Source: Octopus bimaculoides (lineage: Eukaryota). Taken from it: a stretch of DNA of 32,882 nt. Shown piece by piece: positions 1 through 10,165 of the stretch. The notes beneath the pieces are model-generated. The model saw nothing but the letters and a program-made list of their open reading frames with translations. It made no database searches and was not told the DNA's origin. How positions within the stretch are numbered: position 1 is the first letter of the stretch; each line of letters opens with the position of its first letter. The position numbers and the translations under genes are program-made. The stretch lies in assembly GCF_001194135.2 (NCBI RefSeq), contig NC_069001.1, positions 15,735,545-15,768,426 of the forward strand. Direction: 5' to 3'.

Positions 1-1221
1 TGAAGAGTAGTGTGATCACAAAAGCTCAATGAGGATTTGAAAACAAAAGAGGTAAAGAGGAAGAGGTGCCAGCTCAAATCTACCCCTTTATTGTAGGAGT
101 AACACCAGCTACAACAAGACTCAGAGAACTTCGTGGTTAACATTTAAACTAGTCTGACTGCATAAGTAAAAGAACAATCACTTTGGTGACTAAATTTTTA
201 CATTTCATTTCCAAATTTAAATACATCAGTTCTTTGGCCTAATATTCTTATTAAAAAAAAAAAAACCCTCTAAAATGATATAAATCCTCCCAAGGTGGGG
301 TTATAGATTTGGTGAAACTTCAACACTGTTTGCACAACAGCTGACAACAGGAAACTACTCTAACTCCCCCTCCCCCTCCTCTCCTACATGTCAGGTCATA
401 CAAAAAAAAAATATTAACATGGCCCTCCCACCTCCATTGAATATATATTTCAGCAATGATTATTCTAACAGCTTGCTTATAACAACTGAGTACATAGAGC
501 CAATATAAACAATCACTAGTATAATAAACCTAAACAACTTGACTAATCTTAACAAACTGGACTGGATTGTTTAAAAAGATTCACAATTAGCCCAATGAAA
601 ATCATAGGATATAAATAATGAACCTATTTGAAAGTAGTCATGAAACAAAAATATACCTTTTTCTTGCTTCTAGATGTGAGCAGATGGAAAGCTTCATAGG
701 AATTTCAGATTATTACTCAGTGTCATTTTTCATTTTTGTGCTTAACACTATATATATTTCAAAAGGTTAGCTGCAGCTCATGTCAAACGGTTCTTTCTTC
801 TTGGCTTGCGAATAGTGCGCACAACTCTGAAATGAGTTAGCTTATGTCGAAACCAATAGCTTCAAATACCAAATAGCTAAACGAGGCAAAACGATCTTTC
901 TCACACATTGTTTGTGTTTCAGTTCCCACTAGGCCCCTAATGTGTTCACATTACACAACTTCAAGTTAAAGTCAAATACATTGAAAAGTTATGATCAATT
1001 TAAAATAGTCACATTGGAAAAAAGAAAGAAAAAAAAAGTTTTAAAAATCCCTAGGACTTTTTGTCTTGTTTGTCTTCACTTCTTAATAATAGAAAAAAAA
1101 CCTGACAGCATTAAGAGTAACTTCTTAAAATCTATGTAGTGCTTAGTACAAAAAGAAAAAATACACGAAGAAGTTTTAGTCTGAAATAGCAATGAAGATG
1201 AAAAACAATGAAGTCCAAAAG

Positions 1222-1228
<7 letters not shown>

Positions 1229-1258
<30 letters not shown>
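1229..1258. repeat. (TA)n microsatellite, one of many (others at ~4648-4670 GT, 7788-7819 CA, 18627-18655 GT, 23778-23811 TA, 24690-24800 TA, 31631-31690 TA/GT, 32743-32782 GT)
   Basis: Read directly from the sequence. Confidence 0.95.
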
Positions 1259-1264
<6 letters not shown>

Positions 1265-2637
1265 GTGCATGTAAGTGTAGCAAGATATATACCAACCTGG
1301 TGTCCCTTCCCAACCTTAGGAGAAGTTATTATTACATTCATGCAAGCATGGCCTGAACGGGGAAATTGATCTTTAGGCAGAATGCTCTTCCTGCTGCCAA
1401 ACTTCAACTAGTTTTTCAGATAAGGGGTTTTAATATAAACTTACACAGTGACAAGCTCACATACTACAGGCATCCTAGACCACGTCCAAGAAAGGGCACC
1501 TGGTTAATTGACACAACTCTCACCAAATACGCTGACTTCTAGCTCACAGACATACTGTTTCTTTTCTCTACCTTTTATACTGCCACTATAACAAATTTGG
1601 CTCCTAAAACTTGATCCATTTCATACCACTGCCAACCAGGTGCTCCTGACTAACATGTCTCTTCATCACCTCAATCACCAGGCCCTGTCAAAACTACTCA
1701 GCCAAATCTTTCATCTCCAGAATATTGGTTAGTCCACATTATTCCGTAAGGAGCACAAGGGCTAGTTTCTTGGCTTCTCTGGCATATATATATACTTCCC
1801 TGGACATGACACCAGTCTGTCGCAGGATTACTCATTTTTACCAGCTGAGTGAACTGGAGCAACATGAGATGAAGTGCTTTGCTCAAGAATAACACATCAC
1901 TCAGTCCAGGAATTGAAACCACTATGCCATGCACCTCCAGAACAATGACCCAAGACTTTATTACATGCGACCATACAAGAGAAATGTTAACCGTGTTGAT
2001 TTCACCAAACTTTGGGGGTCCTAACAAAGGCCACAAGCACAGTCTCTTCCTCCAGACCAATTCAATATATAATAATAATAATAATAAAAAGCAATTTGTT
2101 CAATTGAAAGATCTAAACTATTTTTTGTTTTAAATGAAAAAAGAAAAACAGCAATATATAAATAGTTCTTAAAATAATTGTTTGTGATACTTAAGTTCAG
2201 AAATTGAGGAAGGTGTTAGTTATTAAAACNNNNNNNNNNNNNNNNNNNNNNNNNNNNNNNNNNNNNNNNNNNNNNNNNNNNNNNNNNNNNNNNNNNNNNN
2301 NNNNNNNNNNNNNNNNNNNNNNNNNNNNNNNNNNNNNNNNNNNNNNNNNNNNNNNNNNNNNNNNNNNNNNNNNNNNNNNNNNNNNNNNNNNNNNNNNNNN
2401 NNNNNNNNNNNNNNNNNNNNNNNNNNNNNNNNNNNNNNNNNNNNNNNNNNNNNNNNNNNNNNNNNNNNNNNNNNNNNNNNNNNNNNNNNNNNNNNNNNNN
2501 NNNNNNNNNNNNNNNNNNNNNNNNNNNNNNNNNNNNCTTATCAATTTGAAAATGATCAAAGACAAAGTTGAGTTCAGTGGGATTTATAAGGTATTTTTCT
2601 CAGTCTCTATATATTCAGTTAGTCACTGCCCTCCACT

Positions 2638-2638
2638 C

Positions 2639-2681
<43 letters not shown>

Positions 2682-3365
2682 CCTTCCTGCAGTAGGTACA
2701 AGGCCTGAAATTTTGGGAGAAGGGGATAGTCAATTATATCAACCCCAGTGCTAAACTGGTACTTATTTTATCAACCCTGAAAGGATGAAAGGCAAATGTA
2801 AAAATGGACGAAATGCTGTCAAGCATTTTGTCCAGTGTGCTAATCATTTGGCCAGCTTGTCACCTTGATAATTATAATGGTTTCAAATTTCAACACAAGC
2901 CAGCAATTTTTATAAGAGGAGAAAGTCGATTGGTACTTATTTTATTGATCCCAAAAGGTTGAAAGACAAAGTTGACCTTGACAGGATTTGAAGAGCAGGA
3001 AAAATACTGCAAAGCATTTTTGTCTGTCTTCAACCAATTGAGCAAATCATTTTTAATGCAGGCACAAGGCCTGAAATTTATAGGGAGGAAGTTGGTTAAT
3101 TAGATCAACCCCAGTACTTGACTGACACTTTATTTTATCAACATCTCCCACCCCTGAAAAAAAGCCAAGGATTTGATGTAGGTAGGGGCATAATGGCTTG
3201 TAATTAAATACAAGATATCTCATTTGATGCTTTACTGCTTGCTTAAAAGACCCCAAAAGGATAAAAGGCAAAAGTATATTTGAACTCAGAATGTAAAGAG
3301 CTGGAAAAATGCTACTAAGTATTTTGTGCAACGCACTAATGATATTGCCAGCCCAACGCCTTTCA
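2638..3365 (-). mobile_element. Three tandem decayed SINE family B copies with a (TAA)n tail
   Basis: Repeated tggtacttattttatc...aaaggatgaaaggcaaa...aagcattttg at ~2690-2867, 2875-3035 and 3055-3365. (TAA)n at 2638-2680. Confidence 0.7.
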
Positions 3366-3548
3366 ATGCTCAAATAATAATGATCTCTACCTAACTACTA
3401 CTGCTTTACACCCAATAAAGGTGAAGTTGCATTTTTTAAAGTTTCTTCATTCATTTATTTTTTCTTTCAAGAAAAGTAGACATGTGAAACAATCCAATAG
3501 AAATGTAGAGAGTGTGGTAAATGTAATGAGGAGAAATCAGATACACAC

Positions 3549-3749
3549 CTTGTCGATGATGGACTGCATATGTGACTTATGAGCAGTGTCCCCATATAAA
3601 AGAGAAGACCACTGATCCGGGGATATTCTTAAACCAGCCTCTGTTGCAATTTGAACAATCTGAGCATCATGTTCTCGTCGTAAGGTTTCATAAGTACGAA
3701 ACTCTTCTTTTAGTTGCATGAGAGAAGATTCCTCATCACGTTTGGTAAC
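3549..3749 (-). CDS. RC3H1/2: Roquin coding exon 4 (end of ROQ domain)
   Basis: 201 nt, phase 0-0. Acceptor ctgttattcag, donor AAG|GTGTGT. Encodes [67 protein letters not shown]. The gene continues beyond what is visible. Confidence 0.97.
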
Positions 3750-4294
3750 CTGAATAACAGACAAACAATGTCTAAGAATAGATTCAAAAACACACAACAT
3801 TAACACTTTTATGATTATCCTTTTCCATGCTCACAAGGGTTGATCGGGTTAACAGGGGCTGGCTAGGCAGAAGACTGCACAAAGCTTCACTGTCCGTTTT
3901 GGCAAGGGTTTTATGGCTGGATGCCCTTCCTAACACCAACCACCTAATAGAGTGGACTGGTACCAGAACTGGCAAGGCCTGTTTCGGCATGGTTTTTACA
4001 GCCCTTCCAAACACTAACCACTTTATAGTGTGGCCTGAATGCACCAGCACTGATAGTAGGGTCACCAAGTAACTTGCAAAACAAAGATTTGAAGGGAGGG
4101 GGCATTGGAAGAGATAGCCTTGTGCCAGATGATGAGAGGTTAGAGTGTCAGAGTTGAATAGAAACAGGCGTCTTGCTGTAGAGGAGATACATGGTTACCC
4201 AATCAGAGAGAGAGTGAGGACAGAAACAGGTGTTGTTGTACAGAAGATATGATTACACAGACAGACAGAGACACAGAGAGAGAGAAAGAGAGTG

Positions 4295-4620
4295 AGTGAT
4301 CAAGAAGTTTGCTTCCCAACCACATGGCTTTGAGTTCAGTCTTCTTACATGGCACACTGGGTGTCTACTATAACCCTGAGCAAACCAATGCCTTGTGATT
4401 GGACTTGGATTTGGAAGATGGAATCATCTCCCAAATGTGGTAGCTGCAAATGAGTATCACCGACATACTAGCAGTGTCCATTTCCAATATTGTGCAAAAA
4501 CATCCTGGCTATGGGGAAATATTTTGCTTGGAAACAGGGTTGGTGGCTAGGAAAGGCATCAGGCCATAGGAAATCTGCCCCAACAAATTCTGTGTGACCC
4601 ATGCAGATAATATCCTACTG
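4295..4620 (+). mobile_element. SINE with family A head and an alternative tail; second example at ~20080-20420
   Basis: Family A head followed by ggggaaatatt...gcttggaaacagggttgg...aggaaaggcatc...aaatctgcc...gacccatgc. Further family A fragments at ~7630-7915, 8945-9050, 10690-11030, 17040-17200 and 18300-18530. Confidence 0.65.
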
Positions 4621-4683
4621 ATCACCATATGAAAAAGTAATTAAGGGTGTGTGTGTGTGTGTGTGTGTGTATATATTCCTTGA

Positions 4684-4897
4684 CCCTTTTGTTACATATT
4701 TCTGATGAAATCCACTGACTTTCAGTTAATTTTGAAGATAATGAAGAATTTACTAAAATAACTCATTATCAAGCTGGGATTTGGAATATAAATTAACATG
4801 AAATTTTGAAGGTGCATATTAAATTACCTCACTTTAAAAAAAGAGAGAGTGTATTATAGATTCAAAGGTAGTTTCAGGTGGACTAGCATCAAAAGGG
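4684..4897. mobile_element. TTAA MITE, family P2
   Basis: ttga|cccttttgttac ... gcatcaaaaggg|ttaa. Internal sequence matches the P2 copies at 5292-5899. Confidence 0.65.
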
Positions 4898-4966
4898 TTA
4901 ATATGCAAAAGGATGAGATCATTGCTGAACTGGAGTTAGACAACAACAAAAGAAAATTATGCTTAC

Positions 4967-5142
4967 CTTGAAGCAAGAAGCTCGATAGAGTAGCTGTACT
5001 ACGTGACCAATAGCTGTCTTAGAAGCTTGTGGGTATTGTGGTTCAAGTCGCTGTACAACAAAAAGGACAAGCACTTTGCGGGATAGTGCTGATCCATCTT
5101 CTAAAGCAAGAAGAATTAGTTTCAGCACTTCTTCTTGCATAG
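4967..5142 (-). CDS. RC3H1/2: Roquin coding exon 3 (ROQ domain)
   Basis: 176 nt, phase 1-0. Acceptor tctctttctatag, donor AAG|GTAAGC. Encodes [60 protein letters not shown]194 corresponds to mouse sanroque M199. Confidence 0.97.
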
Positions 5143-5291
5143 CTATAGAAAGAGAAATAAAACATCATACTAAAATAACAAGAATTGCATATACCTCACA
5201 AAATACCTAATCTATGTATTAATTTGAAGAAATCTTTATGTTTGGCAAGTAAACTTCAAGCATATATGTGGTCCTAAAAGATAGACTAGTT

Positions 5292-6110
5292 TTAACTCTG
5301 TTAGCATACACTCATTGGAATATACTGCCTTTGTTTCAATAAATTTTGAACATAATGAAGAAATTATTAAAATAACTTTGTTGTTATTAATCGTTCAACA
5401 CTTAAACAGGACATATCAGGCCCAAATATTGTATCTTGTTTTATGTTCAAACTAGCCAGATTCAACCTCTCACACCTACTCTACAATGTCATTCAAAAAA
5501 ATCATTTCATCAAAATATCAAAGCTACATGATCTTGCATGATAACTTCAAAACAATGTGAATAAATAAGCATCACATTTGAGAGAATAAAATGAATACTA
5601 AAGAGTTAAGTTGATGTTTCAAACAAATTAACATGAAATTTTGATTGAACGTTTTAATTTACATCAGTTTAAAACAAGAAGTTTTTATCAAAGAACCACA
5701 TGTAGTTTTGGGCAAGTTGGTATTAAAAGGTTTACAATTAATTTTGAAAATAATGAAGAACTTAGTAAAATAACATAGTAAAATCATTAAGCTGGGGTTT
5801 GGAACAAATTAATATGAGAAATTTTTAAAATTTTAATTTAGATCACTTTAAAACAAGGTGTTTTTATCATAGCACCAGGGTTAGGTTGGTATCAAAGGGT
5901 TAAATATTAATCCTTTAGCATTTAATCCCGCCATATCCAGCCCAAATATTCTACCTGTTTTATGTTAAAACTGACCCAATCCAATCCTTCCTACAATGTC
6001 AGTTGAAAACTATAAAAACACACCATTGAAATTTTGAAGCTACAAGATGTGCGATTAATAAATAAATAATCAATACATTTCACAAAGGAACCTGAATGCT
6101 GAAGGGTTAA
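5292..6110. mobile_element. Cluster of nested and adjacent TTAA MITEs (families P1 and P2)
   Basis: P2 (~5292-5733) is interrupted at TTAA 5387-5390/5606-5609 by a P1 copy. A partial P2 follows (~5735-5899, ending caaaggg|ttaa), then P1 at 5911-6106 flanked by TTAA. Confidence 0.7.
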
Positions 6111-6123
6111 ACAACAATATTAC

Positions 6124-6354
6124 CTGGTCCTAAAAATTGGCATCCCCTTGCACGGACAGCTGCCCAGAGATTAGCCGATAGCTGTTGTGGATTCTGGTGC
6201 TGTAAGATAAGCTCGGTAACTGTTCTTTCACTCAAAGAGCGTGCAGCACGCATGGCACGAGCACGTCCTTCCTCTTCAATTAACTGACAGTTAACCAGGG
6301 CCACCAGCTTTCTCTGCATTGGTCTGCTAAGAATAGCATTTGTGTTTCCAGCAC
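6124..6354 (-). CDS. RC3H1/2: Roquin coding exon 2 (HEPN-N / start of ROQ)
   Basis: 231 nt, phase 1-1. Acceptor tag at 6357-6355, donor CAG|GTAATA. Encodes [69 protein letters not shown]. Confidence 0.97.
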
Positions 6355-6568
6355 CTAGTCGCATCAGAACCCAAAGAAGTAAATGAAACAAGAAAAAAGA
6401 GAAAATGAAAACTTATTCAATATTAATTTTAATTACACAATACAATAACAGCTTTAAACATAGGAACGAACGCAACCACAAATATGAGGGGAGGGACATA
6501 AAGTAGTAAAATTGATTAAATTGATAGCAATGCTTGAATGGTAAAGCAAGCAAGGTTTGGTAACATAC

Positions 6569-6897
6569 CATCATCATCATCATCGTTTAACATCCGCTTT
6601 CCATGCTAGCATGGGTTGGGCGATTTGACTGAGGACTGGTAAACCAGATGGCTACACCAGGCTCCAATCTGATTTGGCAGAGTTTCTACAGTTGGATGCC
6701 TTTCCTAATGCCAACCACTCCAAGAGTGCAGTGGGTGCTTTTATGTGCCACCGGCACGAAGGCCAGTCAGGTGGTACTAGCAATGATCACGCTCAAAATG
6801 GTGTATTTTACGTGCCACCTGCACAGGAGCCATGTCCAGCGGCACTGGCAACGACCTCGCTCGAATGTCTTTTCACGTGCCACCGGAACAAGCCATG
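6569..6897 (-). mobile_element. Family C repeat with (GAT)n tail (RTE-tail-like non-autonomous element)
   Basis: catcatcatcgtttaacatccgctttccatgctagcatgggttgg...ggatgcctttcctaatgccaaccact. Same-orientation copies at ~3808-4075, 16311-16620, 18655-18925, 18926-19200 and 22195-22410. Confidence 0.8.
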
Positions 6898-6942
6898 TTT
6901 TCATAAATGCTTAAGATACCTATGTAGTTGCAAGTTGATACA

Positions 6943-7075
6943 GATGTGTGGCCTAGGGAGTAGGGTGTTTGGCTTATAAAGGTCATGAGGTCAATTCCAT
7001 TACTGAGCAGTGCATTGTGCTTTTGAGCAAGGCACTTCATTTCATATTTCACCAGTCAGCTCATCTTTGTGTATT
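6943..7075 (+). repeat. Family E SINE-head fragment; inverted homolog at ~1800-1935
   Basis: Shared ttgagcaa(g/a)gcacttcat(t/c)tcat motif following a B-box-like sequence. Confidence 0.5.
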
Positions 7076-7157
7076 AGCATAAGTGAGTTTCAGTACACAT
7101 GCATTAACACATGGATGAATACGTGTATCACTCGCATCCTTCTGTGAGTGAGAAGGA

Positions 7158-7188
<31 letters not shown>

Positions 7189-7787
7189 CAAATGTGTGCG
7201 TGTGTAAACACAAACACACTCATAGATAAAAAGTCCAAGAAAAAAAAACATGGTCACTGCACACAGTAAAATGACTGGCATGATGAAGGGCACTCAATCA
7301 TGGAAACTATGCTAAAGTAGGCAATGGATATGACATTGTCCTCCACATTCTTTAAATCCTATCAAACTATCCAATGCACAGCAGCATGAAGCTGAACATG
7401 AAATGACAAAGATGATGATGACTAGATTTCTAAGTCAGTTTGAACATAATAGAGAAGAAAATACCATCATCATTTTAAAGTCCAGTTGTCCATGCTTGCA
7501 AGGGTCAGACAAAAATCTCTTGAGGCAGATTTTCTTCAGCCTTCATGTGCCAACACTCATCTGTTACTAGGCAATGTAACATTTAACAAATGACACTAGT
7601 TGAATAATAATGTGTGTATGTCACACACATGAGGCTTCTTTTAGTTTCTGTCTACCAAGTACATTCACAAGACTTTTGTCACTCTGGGACTATAGTAGAA
7701 AACACTCGCCAGAGGTGACATGCAATGAGACTGAACCCAAATCCAAGCTGTTGAGAAACAAACTTCTTACCAAACAGCTATGCCCGT

Positions 7788-7822
<35 letters not shown>

Positions 7823-7962
7823 GGGCTACTTTTATTTTGTGTCTAATAAATCCATTCACAAGGCTCTGGGAAACCCAGGACTTTAGTAGAAGACACTTCT
7901 CAACAGCCATACCTGCTTCTAGTTACAAAAACAAAAGACGTATTATTAAAATGTTGCCTTAC

Positions 7963-8308
7963 CTGCAGAAAAAGGTTTTAGATACACAGCTAACTGTTCA
8001 ATGCATCGATTAGCAGACTCATATGATCTGCAGTGCTCAGATCGATCACTTATAGTAATGGTCTCTTTCTCAGGAATGGCTGTACCGACCAGCTGCAGCA
8101 GTGCATAGTTTACAGGCAATTCTTCAATGGTGCGGGAAATTATACTCTGATCAAATAGACACTTCTTAGAATGAAGTTTCGAGAGACAGCTCTTGCACAC
8201 TGTGTGACCACAGCCCAGACTGATAGGACGATAATACTGTTCATTGAACAAATTACAGCAAACTGGACAAGACAGAAAGTCTGTCCACTGTGGTGCTTGG
8301 ATTGGCAT
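7963..8308 (-). CDS. RC3H1/2: Roquin (RING-ROQ RNA-binding E3 ligase), coding exon 1: RING finger and start of HEPN-N
   Basis: ATG at 8308-8306 gives MPIQAPQWTDFLSCPVC...ISLGCGHTVCKSC...CLFDQ...LPVNYALLQL...YLKPFSA, matching the Roquin N-terminus (C14,C17,C33,H35,C38,C41,C50,D53). Acceptor ttttctttcag at 8363-8362 (exon starts 8361). Donor CAG|GTAAGG after 7963, phase 1. Confidence 0.97.
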
Positions 8309-8361
8309 TTTAAATAGCTGATCACAGCTCACTTTAAGTTAATTTCAAAATGAAACATAAT
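8309..8361 (-). other. Roquin 5' UTR portion of the start-codon exon, containing a 9-codon uORF (8358-8329)
   Basis: Strong acceptor before 8361. ATG TTT CAT TTT GAA ATT AAC TTA AAG TGA ends 20 nt before the main ATG. Confidence 0.7.
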
Positions 8362-9397
8362 CTGAAAGAAAATGGAAACATAAACAAATTAAGATTACAT
8401 CAGAGAAAAACCAAGAGTCGTTCACAACAATGTTGCTTTCATTCAATTTTTACTTTCTTATAACATTATATAAACATAAACATACATCCTGGTCACTAAC
8501 ACCATTTCAGTTATCACAGTTTAGTCCTTTAGAACCTCAACCCATCTCAGGCTGATTCTGGACCTACAACACTAAGATTTTCATTCTAAAGTAAAACTGA
8601 AATTGCCCATAACTTTATGTAACAACTTTTGGGTTTTTCAGGGCTTTTTTAAGTTGGAAAAAATGGCTGATAGTTAGCAAGGTGGGACACACATAAGATA
8701 GAAGAAAGCAAAGGACCACTGATGAGGTCACAGAAGTGTGACGAAAGAACTCTGGCCGAAATAGGATTAATGTAATGTAATATAAAGCTGAAGCAAATTA
8801 ACACCAAATATACAGTGCCTGTGTTTTTATTGGCTAAACTGGCAATATGACCATCCCCAAGTACAACAACAAATGTTTAATCATTTTAACTAAATTGAAA
8901 CATGTAATCTATGTATTTCATTAGAGAAACACTTACAAAAAGATGTTTCTTAACCACATGGTTCTAGGTTCAGTTACACTGTATGGCACCCTGGCCAAGT
9001 GTCCTCCAATTATAGCCTTTGGCAGATGAAAATTAAAAGGCCATTGTGCATGTACAAGTGGGTGCTGAACAATAGTTTATTTTAACCATATTTTTACAAC
9101 TTGATATTTTACACTTAAAACTTCATATAAGCTAGTTTTTATAGAGAATTTTATTGATAAACTACTACAGTTAATAGAAAACTTCAAGAACTTATCATAA
9201 AGTATGTGTCACTTGTTTTTCGGAAATTTTGATCAAGGAAGTTAAATTAAAAGAGAAATGGGCTTGGCATATTCAAAGTGGTTTTCCATTTATATTCAAT
9301 GAATTTAATTAGAAATTTAATCAAAAAGATTCTATTAACCGTCTAACAGTCAAGTGAAAAATTCTAGTACACACATGACTACACAGAGATTTTACGG

Positions 9398-9945
9398 GTT
9401 TCAGTCAATGGATTGCAGTCATGCTGGAGCACTGCCTTAAAGGGTTTAGTTAAACAAATCAACTCCAGTACTCATTTTTTAAAATTTAATTTTTTTAAAG
9501 TTTGGTACTTATTCTATCAGCCACTTTTGTCAAACCATTAAATTATGGGGACATAAACCAACACCAGTTGTCAAGTGGTGGAAGGGGGCAAGCAAACAGA
9601 GACATAAACATATATATACACACACACACACACACCTGAAAATATATATGTACATATATATATATGTGTGTGTGTGCATGTGTGTGTATGTGTATATTTG
9701 TGTGTGTGTGCATGTGTATATCTGTGTCCATTTGTGCCTGAGTGTGCCTGTGCTTGTGCGTGCCTGTGTGTGTCTGCGTGTGTGTGTGCGCGCGTCTGTG
9801 TCAGCATGTGCGCACCTGTGTCTGACTGTGCGCGTGTGAGCGAGCGTGCGTGTGCATGCGTGCATTCTGTTAGTCTGTGCATGCGTCTGTGTACACACAC
9901 ATGAATATACACAACCGGCTCCAACAGTTTCTATCCACCAGATTC
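9398..9945 (-). mobile_element. SINE family A with a greatly expanded internal compound microsatellite
   Basis: Tail at ~9398-9600, ~290 nt of mixed (CA)/(TA)/(TG)/(CG) repeats, then a head remnant (cagtttctatccaccagattca). Confidence 0.7.
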
Positions 9946-9952
9946 AGTTAGG

Positions 9953-9987
<35 letters not shown>

Positions 9988-10165
9988 CATGTCTACATGC
10001 GTGTGCACAGCTATCTGCGTCAGTGTACGAGTCTGCGTGTCCGCGCCTGTGTGACTGAGTGCGTGCATGTGTGCATTTTGTCCGTTTTTGTGCATGCATC
10101 TGTGCGTGTGTACACACACATGAATATACACAACCAGCTTCAACAGTTTCTATCCACTAGATTCA
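9840..10165. repeat. Tandem duplication, period ~219 bp
   Basis: gtgtacacacacatgaatatacacaacc.gct.caacagtttctatccac.agattca occurs twice (tgaatatac at 9902 and 10121). Confidence 0.8.

Noticed and set aside
6648-6979. ORFs similar to those at 12893-13219, 16518-16805, 18662-18865 and 3784-4072, suggesting a small gene family
   Set aside because: All lie within family C repeat copies, and their frames and stops are not conserved.
1800-7075. Inverted family E fragments flanking exons 2-4 as a circRNA driver
   Set aside because: Homology is short (~80 nt) and diverged, so a stable duplex is unlikely.
8309-8332. N-terminal extension MSCDQLFK from a GTG start in the ORF track
   Set aside because: Roquin homology begins at the ATG at 8308; GTG starts are a prokaryote-style ORF-calling artefact here.
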